Shown here in pieces: positions 26,095-38,441 of a stretch of 64,000 nt of DNA. The position numbers and the translations under genes were made by a program. How positions within the stretch are numbered: the stretch's first letter is position 1; every line of letters starts with the position of its first letter. A model generated the notes under the pieces. It was not told the DNA's origin and did not search any database. It worked only from the letters and a program-made list of their open reading frames with translations. This DNA comes from Gammaproteobacteria bacterium. GTDB lineage: Bacteria; Pseudomonadota; Gammaproteobacteria; Eutrophobiales; Eutrophobiaceae. The stretch covers positions 1,312,001 through 1,376,000 of the forward strand of contig OZ250183.1 in the NCBI GenBank assembly GCA_965238225.1. The letters run 5' to 3'.

Positions 26095-26670
26095 ATGCCT
26101 AATTTCGGTATCAATAACGTTCTATGTAGTGCCGAAAACAGTTGCCTTGTGATTATTGATACCCAAACACGTCTTAGCTTGACAATGCCGCCAAAAGTTT
26201 TAGCGCGGCTTAAGAAAAATATTAATACTTTACTTCAAAGTGCGGATACATTATCAATTCCAGTATTAATTACTGAACAATACCCCAAAGGGTTGGGTTC
26301 TACAGTGCCTGAGATTATCGAATTACTCCCTAATGACACTCTAAAATTTGAAAAAACCTGCTTTTCTTGTACCGGTTCAGAACAATTCCTGCAAAAACTA
26401 GAAAAAACTGGACGTAAACAAGTTGTTATCGTTGGTATGGAAGCTCACATCTGCATCTTACAAACAGCTATTCAATTGATCGACATAGACTATCATGTCT
26501 TTGCTGCTGCTGATGGCATCTGTTCGAGGCATAAGGAAGATTATGAAATATCATTAAAGCGCATGATTCATGCAAATGTTGTTATTTGCAGCACTGAGTC
26601 TGTAATATTTGAATGGCTGCGCGATGCTAAACATGGGCATTTTAAAAAATTATCACGCCTGTCTCAATAA
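26095..26670 (+). CDS. Isochorismatase-like cysteine hydrolase
   Basis: LVIID.Q.RL, TEQYPKGLG.T, EKTCFSC, GMEAHICILQT. Confidence 0.88.
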   Translation: MPNFGINNVLCSAENSCLVIIDTQTRLSLTMPPKVLARLKKNINTLLQSADTLSIPVLITEQYPKGLGSTVPEIIELLPNDTLKFEKTCFSCTGSEQFLQKLEKTGRKQVVIVGMEAHICILQTAIQLIDIDYHVFAAADGICSRHKEDYEISLKRMIHANVVICSTESVIFEWLRDAKHGHFKKLSRLSQ

Positions 26671-26692
26671 ACATCATTAAACATAAAATTTC

Positions 26693-29257
26693 TCAAGTCA
26701 TAAAATCTTCAATAATACCAAATAAAGTAGATTTCTGTATTGGCTTACCAACATGAGTATCAAAACCTGCGACCATACATTTATCAATTTCTTCTTTGAT
26801 GGCATGAGCCGTTAACGCGATAATCGGCGTTGGCGGGCGGCCATTTTCTGCCTCTAGTACACGTATTGCTCTAGTCGCTTCATGCCCATCCATGATGGGC
26901 ATCTGGATATCCATCAAAATAAGATTGTAAGTATTATTACGATAAAGTTCTACGCCAATTTTACCATTCTCTGCTTCATCAATGGTAATGTGGGGAAATT
27001 TTTTGAGATAAGTTCTGACTAACAAACGATTATCTGAATTATCTTCAACTAACAATATTTGTTTTTTCTCAACAGGTATTGCATCTATTTCAGAATCGTT
27101 TTGTTCACTATTATTAACGTATTCCTCTGGCATCTGATATTTATTTGAAAAAATATACAACAAATCAGATTGCTTTATTGGTTTAGTTAAATAACCATCT
27201 AACCCTAATTCATTAATCCTGTTTATTTGCTGATGCAGAGAAACAGGGTTGAGCATCGCGGTAATTACCGGGCCAGAGTCTGATTGACTTGATTTCAGAA
27301 TTTCCTCAATCTCAGAATCTTTACATTGGAACAAAATTTTATGATCCAGAAATACATACTGATATTTATCCACAGATAAGAATTCTTCAGATTCAATACA
27401 TTTTGCGCCATAGGTATGAAGTACATTACAAATCTTGGCTCTATTGTATTTATTGCTATCTAATACAAGGACTGTTTTATCTTCAAGGGGTTTATCCAGA
27501 ATCAAGTCATGCCTCGTTGCTGAATTATTGACAGGTAAATTTACAACAAATAAGAATGTACTCCCCACACCTTCTGCACTTTCTACCCAGATACGACCAT
27601 TCATCATCTCAACTAAAGATTTAGATATCGTTAGACCTAGACCTGTCCCGCCATATTTACGTGTTGTTGAAGAATCAGCCTGTGTAAAGCTGGCAAAAAT
27701 TTCTTGTTGTTTTGCTTCAGGGATACCAACGCCTGTGTCATTTACCGATATCTGCACCTCATCTGCATTCACATTAGACACCATTACAACAATATGACCG
27801 TTTTCTGTGAACTTAATCGCATTGCTAATTAAGTTAAGTACTATTTGTCTAAGTCGTGCTGGATCGCCCATCCGTCTCATATCTAATGTCGATTCAAAAT
27901 TGCTAATTAATTCAGTATGATTTTCTGCTGCCTTAATGGCATAGATTTCAACCGACTCTTCGACAACTTCAAGCAAATCAAATGAGATATTTTCTAATAC
28001 TAACTGTCCTGCTTCAATTTTTGAGAGATCTAATATATCATTTACCAAACTCAATAAGGTATTCCCTGATTTTTTGAAAATTTTGACATATTTTCCCTGG
28101 TCGCCGCTCAATTCTGTATCAGAAAGCAATTCCGCCATACCAATAATAGCCGTAAGAGGCGTTCGTATTTCATGACTCATACTTGCCAAAAAATCTGATT
28201 TCATCAGTGAAGCCTCAAGCGCTTTATCTCTGGCCAAAGCCAATTCTTCGGTCTGTTTTTCCACTTGTGATTCAATCACGACATTGCGTTCACTCAATTC
28301 CTTTTCACGTAAATCTTTCGCCCTGACCAACGACATTAGCAAAAGCGTTATACCCAACCCAATAAAGAGAGCGATATATATCAGTTCCCGATTAATGTCA
28401 GACCAATAAACATTCTTTGCTATGGATAATTTAATAGAATAGGACGCAAATTCAAATTGAATTGATGCGTCATAAATAAAACTGGATATCATAATACCTT
28501 TTCGACTGTTGGTCGGCGAAGCATTATAAATTAATTGTCTACCACTTAGACCGGATGATTCACTATATAAATCAACTTTCAATGTATCAGGAATCCCGGA
28601 GTGCTCAATTAATTTTTCCGGGCTTATCAACAAAGAAAGAATCCCTCGAATTGATTTTTTTGGTTTTCCATCAATTACTGAGGAATAATCTTCATTGAAC
28701 ATCGCTTTGAATAAGACATAATATTTTCCTGACTTCAGATTGACAATAGAAAGAATAGGATCTTCTCCTTCGTTTAAATATAAGGATTTTAGAATAGTCT
28801 CGTAATCATCAATATCTCTTATATCGTAATCTGCAATAGATTTTTGTGCGTCACGAAATCTATGGTATTCATTTTCTAGAGAGGGACTAGAATCTGATTT
28901 ACCCGAAATTTTTGGTAAGGGGTAGTAATGGATACCTTCTATAAATAGTTTTTGATCCAATACCCCTTGAACCATAGGTTGAAATATTTGCTCGCTAAGT
29001 GCATTGTTTTCATCATTGAGCGCCTTATTTGCGTCAATGAACGTTGCAAAGCTATTAATAATGTCGTTACTTACCTGAACATTATGTGCGACGGATTCTC
29101 CTATTTTTGAAGACTCAAAACTAAAACTTCTTTTGTTTTCTTCTAAGGCACTATCCCATGCGATAAAAACTAATGTAACGCCAAGCGTAAGAGCAGAAAA
29201 TAAAGTAACAGAATAGATAAGCAACCTTGATGCTTGTTTGTTCTGATTATCAAGCAT
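26693..29257 (-). CDS. Hybrid sensor histidine kinase (periplasmic sensor, HisKA, HATPase, degenerate REC, REC)
   Basis: Two TMs, FLASMSHEIRTPL, NAIKFT, DTGVGI, GGTGLGL, LILMDIQMPIMDG, ALTAHA. Confidence 0.92.
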   Translation of the reverse strand: MLDNQNKQASRLLIYSVTLFSALTLGVTLVFIAWDSALEENKRSFSFESSKIGESVAHNVQVSNDIINSFATFIDANKALNDENNALSEQIFQPMVQGVLDQKLFIEGIHYYPLPKISGKSDSSPSLENEYHRFRDAQKSIADYDIRDIDDYETILKSLYLNEGEDPILSIVNLKSGKYYVLFKAMFNEDYSSVIDGKPKKSIRGILSLLISPEKLIEHSGIPDTLKVDLYSESSGLSGRQLIYNASPTNSRKGIMISSFIYDASIQFEFASYSIKLSIAKNVYWSDINRELIYIALFIGLGITLLLMSLVRAKDLREKELSERNVVIESQVEKQTEELALARDKALEASLMKSDFLASMSHEIRTPLTAIIGMAELLSDTELSGDQGKYVKIFKKSGNTLLSLVNDILDLSKIEAGQLVLENISFDLLEVVEESVEIYAIKAAENHTELISNFESTLDMRRMGDPARLRQIVLNLISNAIKFTENGHIVVMVSNVNADEVQISVNDTGVGIPEAKQQEIFASFTQADSSTTRKYGGTGLGLTISKSLVEMMNGRIWVESAEGVGSTFLFVVNLPVNNSATRHDLILDKPLEDKTVLVLDSNKYNRAKICNVLHTYGAKCIESEEFLSVDKYQYVFLDHKILFQCKDSEIEEILKSSQSDSGPVITAMLNPVSLHQQINRINELGLDGYLTKPIKQSDLLYIFSNKYQMPEEYVNNSEQNDSEIDAIPVEKKQILLVEDNSDNRLLVRTYLKKFPHITIDEAENGKIGVELYRNNTYNLILMDIQMPIMDGHEATRAIRVLEAENGRPPTPIIALTAHAIKEEIDKCMVAGFDTHVGKPIQKSTLFGIIEDFMT

Positions 29258-29272
29258 CGTATAAACCTAATT

Positions 29273-29578
29273 TTATATATATACAATTTCTATATGAGAA
29301 AGGTAATGCGCTAGCTTTTTTATACTTTCATCAATGACCTCTAGCTTGTCTTCCTTTGCATTTTCTTCAATCTCCGCACCTATTATCCCTATAGCATGAA
29401 ATCCATAACCACCACTGACACCTTTAAGGTTATGTCCAATCAATTTTAGTGTTTCAAAATCTTGTTTTTCCATTGCCTGTTCAAGTTTTTCTATATCTCC
29501 TTGCCTGTTCTCAAGAAACTCATCAACAATATCTTCCAGATCAATATCTACATTAACAACTATTTTCTCATCGCTCAC
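29273..29578 (-). CDS. Stand-alone Hpt phosphotransfer protein
   Basis: GHNLKGVSGGYG motif; immediately upstream of the hybrid kinase. Confidence 0.88.
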   Translation of the reverse strand: MSDEKIVVNVDIDLEDIVDEFLENRQGDIEKLEQAMEKQDFETLKLIGHNLKGVSGGYGFHAIGIIGAEIEENAKEDKLEVIDESIKKLAHYLSHIEIVYI

Positions 29579-30599
29579 TTTAAAATACCTCCCAAATTAG
29601 ACACTAATTTCTTTGATCTGAATGCCTATTTATCTTGCAAATATAGCACAACCTATGCTTTTTCTGATTGTTTATCTGAGAGAGTATATTCAAGGGAATC
29701 TGTTCCGCCATCATAGAGTTCCTTATATTGTGTCATAAAGAAGTTGTTGGTATTCTGAGTATGGGGATAGAGTGCCGATCCAAAATTTGTAAAATTTTAC
29801 ATTTCAATAATTCTATTTCTGATCGTTCTTTTTTTTCGGAAAAAATTGGATATTTAACTTCAGATACTCATCTGCTTCTCTGGAATTACTTTAACTGAGG
29901 GTCTTTTCCTGTTGATGTGTCGGAATAAACATTGAAACTAATATCTATGAGATTACTCATGCTTCTTAGGACTATGCCACTGTTACTGATTTCGTTTGAA
30001 CGGAAGGGATGGTCATCGGTGCTAGAATATGCCACAAACTTTCATCAAATCTGAAATGTTCTACACACTTTATGACAGACTACCACAGTGGTTTTTTTAC
30101 CATCATAATCTGTGTGACTAAATGGAGGTTCATTATTAACTTTGACTGCAGCCGGGACGGCATCTCTGGAGAAAATTTGACCAAACCTAACTTTAACATA
30201 TACCACAATCATAAATGTATTTACGCAACAAATTCAACTCAGGGTTAGGGACATTAATTGATACTATACCTGCTTGGTGGAGTTCGTTTGCTCGTCTATG
30301 CGACTGAGAAGGTCTGGCATCCATTAAATCTTTTAAAAAAACCCATATTTCACTCCTAATAATTATAATTATATAATAAATACAAAGGTGATGCGTAATG
30401 AAAATGATTCTATTTATGCTAGGGATTGGTTGTTATTTATGGGCAGGTTACTCCATTATTCGTTTTTTATTTATGGTAACTGAGTATGCAGGTTGGCAGT
30501 GGATTATTAGCATTATTATTGAAATATATTTGGGCAATTTCTTTGTCTCAAAATCTTAAAAGTTATAGTTTTCAGCAATCCCCGTCCTGTTCATTGAAA

Positions 30600-32432
30600 C
30601 TATTCCACAGTAACAGACTTTGCTAGATTCCTAGGTTGATCGACATCAGCACCCTTCAAGACTGCAATATGATAGGCAAACAATTGTAATGACACCGTAT
30701 AGACAATTGGAGATATATACTCACCAACTGGAGATATTTTTAATAATTCAGTCTCTTCATCTAAATCAATTTTAGCGCTCGTATCAGTAATAACATATAG
30801 TTTTCCACCGCGGGCTTTAACCTCGTGCAAATTTGATTTGAGTTTTTCCAAAAGAGTGTTATTCGGCGCTACAGCAATAACAGGCATTTCTTCGTCCACC
30901 AATGCCAATGGCCCATGTTTCAATTCACCTGCAGGATATGCTTCTGCATGAATATAAGATATTTCTTTCAGCTTAAGCGCGCCTTCCATTGCTACAGGCA
31001 ACATCGTACCTCTTCCTAGATAAAGCGCATGATTCTTATTGGCAAATTGACTTGCCAAATCTCTAATTTTCTCGTTACATTCAAGCACTGAATTTATTTT
31101 TCCAGGCAAATGCTCAAGTTGTGAAACAATTTCCTTCTCGGTTTCAGTGTTTAACCCATGTCGTCTGGCAATAACTAGAATCAGCAAAAGTAATGAAACC
31201 AATTGTGTTGTAAATGCCTTAGTCGATGCCACGCCAATTTCCATACCTGCCCTTGTCAAAAAAACTAAGTCTGACTCACGCGTCATCGTGCTCTCTGCAA
31301 CATTACATATGCTTAAGGTGCTTAAAAAAGATAATTCCTTTGCCTTCCTCAATGCAGCTAATGTGTCTGCGGTTTCGCCAGACTGTGAGATAGTTATAAA
31401 TAAAGTATTTTTTGGAACGAAAATATCTCTATATCTAAACTCACTGGCAACCTCAACTTGGCAAGGAATATTTGCAATCTCTTCAGCCCAGTATTTTGCG
31501 ACTAGGCTGGCATGATAACTGGTTCCACACGCAACAATATTCATTGACTCAACTTTATCAAAAATATGACTCGCCGCATGACCAAAGCCATCTTCCAATA
31601 CCAAGCCTTGCTCCAATCTTCCTTCAAGGGCATCTGTGATAGCTGTCGGCTGTTCATATATTTCTTTCAACATATAGTGCCTAAAGCCAGCCTTGCCAGT
31701 ATTCTCTGCGGATAATTCTGACAATCTGATCGGGCGTTCAACAACATCACCATTTTTATCATAGATAGTTAAAATATCTCGACTGATATCTGCAACATCA
31801 CCTTCCTCAAGAAAAATAAACTGTTGAGTAACAAACAATAAAGCAAACGCATCTGATGCGATGAAATACTCACCGATCCCAACACCTATTACCAATGGAC
31901 TACCACTTCGTGTGGCAAGAATTCTGTCAGGATCATTTTTATTAATAACACCAAGAGCATAGGCTCCTTTAAGCATCAGCGTTGTTTTCATCACCGCATA
32001 AAGCAAGTCTTCTCCTGTATCAAGATAATCATAGATTTGATTTACAATAACTTCACTGTCTGTATCGGAAGTGAATTTATAGCCCAGTTTCGCCTGTTGC
32101 TCTCTAAGTTTTTCGTGATTCTCTATAATGCCATTGTGGACTAAAGCAAGCTGATCACGACAAATATGAGGATGGGCATTCTCGATCGTGGGTTTCCCAT
32201 GCGTTGCCCAGCGTGTATGAGCAATCCCTGTTTTCCCTGATAGTTGTCCGCCCCCTAAAGCTCGCTCAAGTTCCTCAATCTTCCCAACCACCCGAATTCT
32301 TTCAAGCAAGTTATCGCTATTAAGTACGGCGATCCCAGCGGAATCATAACCCCTGTATTCCAAACGTCTTAGGCCTTCAAACAAAATAGGTGTTACATCC
32401 CTTTGTGCAACTGCGCCAACTATGCCACACAT
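30600..32432 (-). CDS. glmS: Glutamine-fructose-6-phosphate aminotransferase
   Basis: MCGIVG, LEYRGYDSAG, HTRWATHG, SQSGETADT, PRNLAKSVTVE. Confidence 0.98.
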   Translation of the reverse strand: MCGIVGAVAQRDVTPILFEGLRRLEYRGYDSAGIAVLNSDNLLERIRVVGKIEELERALGGGQLSGKTGIAHTRWATHGKPTIENAHPHICRDQLALVHNGIIENHEKLREQQAKLGYKFTSDTDSEVIVNQIYDYLDTGEDLLYAVMKTTLMLKGAYALGVINKNDPDRILATRSGSPLVIGVGIGEYFIASDAFALLFVTQQFIFLEEGDVADISRDILTIYDKNGDVVERPIRLSELSAENTGKAGFRHYMLKEIYEQPTAITDALEGRLEQGLVLEDGFGHAASHIFDKVESMNIVACGTSYHASLVAKYWAEEIANIPCQVEVASEFRYRDIFVPKNTLFITISQSGETADTLAALRKAKELSFLSTLSICNVAESTMTRESDLVFLTRAGMEIGVASTKAFTTQLVSLLLLILVIARRHGLNTETEKEIVSQLEHLPGKINSVLECNEKIRDLASQFANKNHALYLGRGTMLPVAMEGALKLKEISYIHAEAYPAGELKHGPLALVDEEMPVIAVAPNNTLLEKLKSNLHEVKARGGKLYVITDTSAKIDLDEETELLKISPVGEYISPIVYTVSLQLFAYHIAVLKGADVDQPRNLAKSVTVE

Positions 32433-32717
32433 ATCATCGTCTCAAATCTATTAATACGCTCAAAAATCATTTGCGTCCGTTACCAATAACATCTTTCACA
32501 ATCATATGCTCTCGATTTTTCTCGAAGTACCATTGTATTATTTGGTGAAAGTTTTGTAACCTAAAGATCGCAAACTTGCTGCCGCACGAGGATGTCCTTC
32601 GACTATATGCAGCATAAAGCCATAGATATGCCTGTTCAAAATCTCTTGGCAGATTTCCTAAATTTAAAAAATTTTCTAGCCAAGAGTAATGACGGCGAAA
32701 AACAAGAGCAACTTACC

Positions 32718-32794
<77 letters not shown>

Positions 32795-32889
32795 ATGTGC
32801 AAAGTAAATTCTCAAAAATGGCAATCTCTCGAAAAGAATATGGATTGAGAGATTGGAAACGAACTGTTAGCCGTAAGATATTTTTTAAA

Positions 32890-33246
32890 CTATCTTCTCA
32901 GAATATCCAATACTTCTTCCAATTCAATACGAAGCTGTCTTACGATCTGCCGGCTTTGATTAGAATCGTCTTTGGCAACATCACCAGACAAGCGCTGGCG
33001 CGCACCGCCAATCGTAAAACCTTGCTCATATAACAGACTTCTTATTTGCCTGATTAGGATAACATCATGTCTTTGATAGTAACGTCTATTACCACGTCTT
33101 TTCAGAGGCTTCAACTGAGGAAATTCTTGCTCCCAATACCTCAGCACATGCGATTTTACCATGCACAGATCACTCACCTCACCAATGGTAAAATAACGTT
33201 TACCTGGGATTGCAGGTAATTCTTTATTGCTTGATGCTTCCAGCAT
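32890..33246 (-). CDS. MerR family regulator (ihfA-associated)
   Basis: [46 protein letters not shown]. Confidence 0.92.
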   Translation of the reverse strand: MLEASSNKELPAIPGKRYFTIGEVSDLCMVKSHVLRYWEQEFPQLKPLKRRGNRRYYQRHDVILIRQIRSLLYEQGFTIGGARQRLSGDVAKDDSNQSRQIVRQLRIELEEVLDILRR

Positions 33247-33526
33247 ATGCCTCTACCCGTGATTTAAGTTTTTGTCCCGGACGAAACGTAACCACGCGTC
33301 GCGCACTGATAAGACTTTCTTCCCCCGTTTTTGGGTTCCGCCCTGGACGTTGATTTTTTTGCCGTAAATCAAAATTGCCGAACCCGGCAAGCTTGACTTG
33401 ACTGCCTGATTCAAGCGCGCTACGAACTTCTTCAAAAAACAATTCAACCAACTCCTTGGCTTCTCTCTTATTCAAACCAAGTTCATTATACAAACGTTCC
33501 GCCATTTCTGCTTTTGTCAGTGCCAT
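33224..33526 (-). CDS. ihfA: Integration host factor alpha
   Basis: [39 protein letters not shown]. Confidence 0.97.
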   Translation of the reverse strand: MALTKAEMAERLYNELGLNKREAKELVELFFEEVRSALESGSQVKLAGFGNFDLRQKNQRPGRNPKTGEESLISARRVVTFRPGQKLKSRVEAYAGSIKQ

Positions 33527-33529
33527 TTT

Positions 33530-35905
33530 TTATTCTCTGAGTGATGCTCCAAATTCCTTACAGAGGTTTTCCAAAATACTCCCTGCCGCTGACTCTACTT
33601 CATCGTCCCTGAGAGTGCTAGAAATTTTCTGAAAGGTCAAGCCTAAAGCAAGACTTTTTTTTCCTAAATCAATGGCTTCCCCGCGATATACATCAAATAA
33701 CTCTAGGTTGTATAACACGTCTGGTGCGGTTTTTTCTATTAAATTCATAATTTCTGCGACAGAAATCTCTTCTGCAACCGTTATTGAGAGGTCGCGCTGA
33801 ATTGATGGAAATTTCGATATTTTCTTATAAATAGGCATTATCTTCCTCGAAATGTGCTTAACTTCTAATTCAAATAGAAAAATTTCTTTTGTCAGTCCTA
33901 AGGTTCTCTGTGCTGATGGGTGTAAGGCACCAATAATCCCAACTTCTTGATTATTATATATAATTTTGCTTGATTTTCCTAGGTGCAATGCTGCATGTTG
34001 CGCAGGCACAAAATCAACCTTGATTTTGTAGGTATTGAGCCCAAAAAGTGCTTCAATATCTTTCTTTAAATCAAATAAATCACTCGATCTATCATCTATA
34101 TCCCACTGATTATTATAAATATTTCCTGTAATAACTCCTGCAATCGCGAGTGTTTGAGATAGTTTATCGTGGTTCTTAAAGATTAAACCGGTTTCAAACA
34201 ATCTAATCCTTGCTTGCTGTCTTTTTTGGTTATAGAGCAATGCACCTATTAGCCCTGCCCATAGACTGGTTCTCATGACCGACAATTCAGAAGCGATCGG
34301 ATTAGCCAGCGCCAGCGCCTTAACCTCAGGATTTAGAATTTCCAGTATTTTAGTATCCACGAAGCTGTAGGTAATGACCTCTTGATAATCTCTGTCCACT
34401 AATAATTGACGCATTTTCTTGATGTGAACTTGTAATTCATTCTCTTTATGAAGCTGCAAATGCGCCAAAGGCAATTGTGCCTTTATATTGTCATAACCAT
34501 ATATGCGGGCGATTTCTTCTATCAGGTCTGCCTCTATTTTGATATCGAACCGAAATGATGGCACCGTCACTAACCAACCTTCATCAATAACTATCGTTTG
34601 CATACCCAAACGGGAAAATATGCCAAGAATATCTTCATCAGCGAGACTAATGCCAAGCAAGCGATCGGTCTGACCACGCCTTAAACTGACCTGCTTTAAT
34701 TCTGGTAAATCATCAACTGATAGCTTTTCTACAATCAGACCTGGCTTACCACCACAAATTTCTACAATTAACTGGCTTGCCCTGTCGATAGCCTGTTTTT
34801 GAATCTGAAAGTCAACACCGCGTTCGAAACGGTGAGATGAATCTGTGTGTAATCCGTATTTTCTTGCCTTACCCATTATTGCCTGAGGATTAAAAAAGGC
34901 ACTTTCCAGAAAAACATCACTTGTCTTTACAGTCGCCGCACTTGCCTGCCCTCCCATGATTCCTGCCATAGCAAGAACCCCGTTATTATCAGCAATAACC
35001 AATGTATCTGTAGATAAAGCACATTCCGTTCCATCGAGCAACTCAAGTGTTTCATGTGAATTTGCATACCTAACACACAAGCTGCCCTGTAATTTACCAT
35101 TATCAAAAACATGTAAAGGCTGGCCAAGCTCAAGCATGACGAAATTGCTTATGTCTACAACAGGGTTAACACTCCTGAGACCACAGCAACGTAATTTTTC
35201 TATAAGCCAAAGCGGTGTCGGCTTTGAAACATCAATATTTTCGATGATTTGCCCAATATATCTTGGACATAGGGCTGGCTCATTTATAATGACTTCCCTG
35301 CTTTTTTGGCTCGTTTGTTTGACAATCTCTACATATTGAAGTTTAAGTTCATCGCTATTTATTGCAGCCCATTCTCGTGCAATACCGGAAACACTCAGAC
35401 AATCACCTCTATTGGGTGTCAATGCTAGCTCTATTATTTGATCATCCAGTGATAAGGCATCCCTTAAGTCTTTACCCAAAACAAAATCATCTGGCAATTC
35501 CATCAGGTCATTAGATTCTTTGCCTAAACCCAATTCCTGTGCCGAACACAGCATACCTTCAGATACAACCCCTCTTAACTTGCTGGCTTTAATTGCAATA
35601 CTTCCTGGCAATACAGCGCCAACCGTTGCCAAGGCAACATGAAGTCCAGCACGCACATTATTGGCACCACAAACAATCTTCAGGCTTTTACCTGTTCCTA
35701 TAGAGACCTCACATACCTTTAATTTGTTCGCGTCAGAGTGCTGTTCTACTGCCTCTACTCTGGCTGTAATAACACCTGAAAATTCTGGAGCAGCAGAAAC
35801 AATGCCTTCAACTTCTAAACCCGCCATTGTTAATTTCTCGCCTAACTCTTGAGTATCACAGCTAACATCTACCCACTCACGCAACCATTGTTCACTTATA
35901 TTCAT
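33530..35905 (-). CDS. pheT: Phenylalanyl-tRNA synthetase beta subunit
   Basis: SEQWLREWV, IVCGA.N, SEGMLCS, TPNRGDCLS, RFERGVD, DLIEEIARIYGY. Confidence 0.97.
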   Translation of the reverse strand: MNISEQWLREWVDVSCDTQELGEKLTMAGLEVEGIVSAAPEFSGVITARVEAVEQHSDANKLKVCEVSIGTGKSLKIVCGANNVRAGLHVALATVGAVLPGSIAIKASKLRGVVSEGMLCSAQELGLGKESNDLMELPDDFVLGKDLRDALSLDDQIIELALTPNRGDCLSVSGIAREWAAINSDELKLQYVEIVKQTSQKSREVIINEPALCPRYIGQIIENIDVSKPTPLWLIEKLRCCGLRSVNPVVDISNFVMLELGQPLHVFDNGKLQGSLCVRYANSHETLELLDGTECALSTDTLVIADNNGVLAMAGIMGGQASAATVKTSDVFLESAFFNPQAIMGKARKYGLHTDSSHRFERGVDFQIQKQAIDRASQLIVEICGGKPGLIVEKLSVDDLPELKQVSLRRGQTDRLLGISLADEDILGIFSRLGMQTIVIDEGWLVTVPSFRFDIKIEADLIEEIARIYGYDNIKAQLPLAHLQLHKENELQVHIKKMRQLLVDRDYQEVITYSFVDTKILEILNPEVKALALANPIASELSVMRTSLWAGLIGALLYNQKRQQARIRLFETGLIFKNHDKLSQTLAIAGVITGNIYNNQWDIDDRSSDLFDLKKDIEALFGLNTYKIKVDFVPAQHAALHLGKSSKIIYNNQEVGIIGALHPSAQRTLGLTKEIFLFELEVKHISRKIMPIYKKISKFPSIQRDLSITVAEEISVAEIMNLIEKTAPDVLYNLELFDVYRGEAIDLGKKSLALGLTFQKISSTLRDDEVESAAGSILENLCKEFGASLRE

Positions 35906-35919
35906 GATATGAAATTATT

Positions 35920-36903
<984 letters not shown>

Positions 36904-36992
36904 TTAACCAGAATTCGTTAACTATCATTTTAATTTTACACATCACTCTTATCCTGTATTCAGGAAACTGAACGCATATATATACTGCACAT

Positions 36993-37019
36993 AAAAAAGG
37001 GGAAAGCTAACTTTCCCCT
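36993..37019 (-). terminator. Rho-independent terminator after rplT
   Basis: Minus strand AGGGGAAAG-TTAG-CTTTCCCCT followed by a T run. Confidence 0.85.
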
Positions 37020-37043
37020 ATAAACAGATTTAATTTCATAGCG

Positions 37044-37403
37044 CTAAGCCGTGAAACTAGATTTTGCTATATTTGCAAGCTCTGAAAATGCTGTTTTATC
37101 AGCAACAGCTAACTCTGCAAGGATTTTACGATCAACATCAATATTAGATTTATTTAGCCCATCGATTAAGCGACTATATGACAAACCATTTTCGCGCGCA
37201 GCGGCATTGATTCTGGTTATCCACAAACTTCTAAAAACACGTTTCTTCGCGCGACGATCCCGATAAGCATATTGCCTAGCTTTTGTGACTGCTTGCTTGG
37301 CAACACGATAAACATTTTTACGACGTCCTCGATAGCCCTTAGCTTGCTCTAAAACTTTCTTATGTCTGGCATGGGCGGTAACACCGCGTTTTACTCTTGG
37401 CAT
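37044..37403 (-). CDS. rplT: 50S ribosomal protein L20
   Basis: [34 protein letters not shown]. Confidence 0.98.
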   Translation of the reverse strand: MPRVKRGVTAHARHKKVLEQAKGYRGRRKNVYRVAKQAVTKARQYAYRDRRAKKRVFRSLWITRINAAARENGLSYSRLIDGLNKSNIDVDRKILAELAVADKTAFSELANIAKSSFTA

Positions 37404-37414
37404 TTCAGTGCTCC

Positions 37415-37612
37415 CTAACTATACGGTAACAAACGCGCAACCGATTTTTGGTCATTATCATGAATAGCAATAGTGCTACGCAATTGACGTTTGCGCTTGG
37501 TGCTTTTACTGGTCAGGATGTGATTCCTGAATGATTGGCGATGCTTAAATTTTCCTGAAGCACTCTTTGAGAAACGCTTCGCTGCACCACGGTTTGTTTT
37601 CATTTTCGGCAT
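37415..37612 (-). CDS. rpmI: 50S ribosomal protein L35
   Basis: [32 protein letters not shown]. Confidence 0.97.
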   Translation of the reverse strand: MPKMKTNRGAAKRFSKSASGKFKHRQSFRNHILTSKSTKRKRQLRSTIAIHDNDQKSVARLLPYS

Positions 37613-37647
37613 TTGTGACTACTTTTTTATAACTGCTTTGTTAATTT

Positions 37648-37850
37648 TCACCAACTTGTATGTCTTACGCAAGTTCTTGCATGCTACCCATCTCTAAGGC
37701 AATTCTGATACGGTGACATGATAAAATATAGCCCAATAATAATAATTACTGCGACAATTATAGTAACAACAGGTGGTTTTAATAAATTTTCTATTAATAT
37801 TTTTCTACTTCATCTTTTTTCTCAGGTTCGTCCGTCATTTTTGCTTCCAT
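37648..37850 (-). pseudogene. Small single-TM membrane protein pseudogene between infC and rpmI
   Basis: GGGGGTG RBS, MEAKMTDEPEKKDEVEK, frameshift in an A run, ILIENLLKPPVVTIIVAVIIIIGLYFIMSPYQNCLRDG*HARTCVRHTSW*. Confidence 0.55.
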
Positions 37851-37897
37851 CGTTTTCACCCCCCCCATTAATTTTTTATTACCATATCAATAATACT

Positions 37898-38419
37898 TTA
37901 AGCTAATTTTTTTGGCTCCATGACCATAACCATCTGCCGACCCTCCATCTTCGGGAATTGTTCTATATTCCCAAACTTGCCAAGGTCTGCTTCAATTCTC
38001 TGCAACATCTTGGTTCCTAATTCCTGATGAACCATTTCACGTCCTCGAAATCTCAGCGTAATTTTTACTTTATCACCCTGATTTAAGAACTTAATTAAAT
38101 TACGCAATTTAATTTGATAGTCGCTCTCTTCTGTCCCTGGGCGAATCTTGATTTCCTTCACCTGAATCTGTTTTTGTTTCTTCTTGGCAACGTGCCTTTT
38201 CTTGGTCTGTTCAAAAACGAACTTGCCGTAATCCATGATTCGGCAAACTGGAGGTTCCGCAGTTGGAACAATTTCAACTAAATCCAGTTCAAATCCATCT
38301 GCCATAGCTAAAGCATCTTTTAGAGTTGTTAAACCCACTTGTTCTCCATCCTTATCAATAAGTCTTATTTCTGGAGATGTTATCTCTCCATTTAGACGCG
38401 TCTTTTTATTTACAGCGAT
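37898..38419 (-). CDS. infC: Translation initiation factor IF-3 with non-canonical ATC start
   Basis: GGAGG RBS then ATC GCT GTA AAT AAA AAG ACG CGT CTA AAT, in frame with the ORF; [24 protein letters not shown]. Confidence 0.95.
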   Translation of the reverse strand: MAVNKKTRLNGEITSPEIRLIDKDGEQVGLTTLKDALAMADGFELDLVEIVPTAEPPVCRIMDYGKFVFEQTKKRHVAKKKQKQIQVKEIKIRPGTEESDYQIKLRNLIKFLNQGDKVKITLRFRGREMVHQELGTKMLQRIEADLGKFGNIEQFPKMEGRQMVMVMEPKKLA

Positions 38420-38441
38420 TTGTTATTCCTCCGAATTAAAA

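Noticed and set aside
29700-30330. Possible CheV-like remnant (MPDLLSRIDEQTN...)
   Set aside because: Only a vague N-terminal resemblance; no further motif could be followed.
32433-32717. Genomic island at the tRNA-Pro 3' end, or a glmS ribozyme
   Set aside because: No integrase or att duplication seen; no recognisable glmS ribozyme core, and the ribozyme is mainly Gram-positive.
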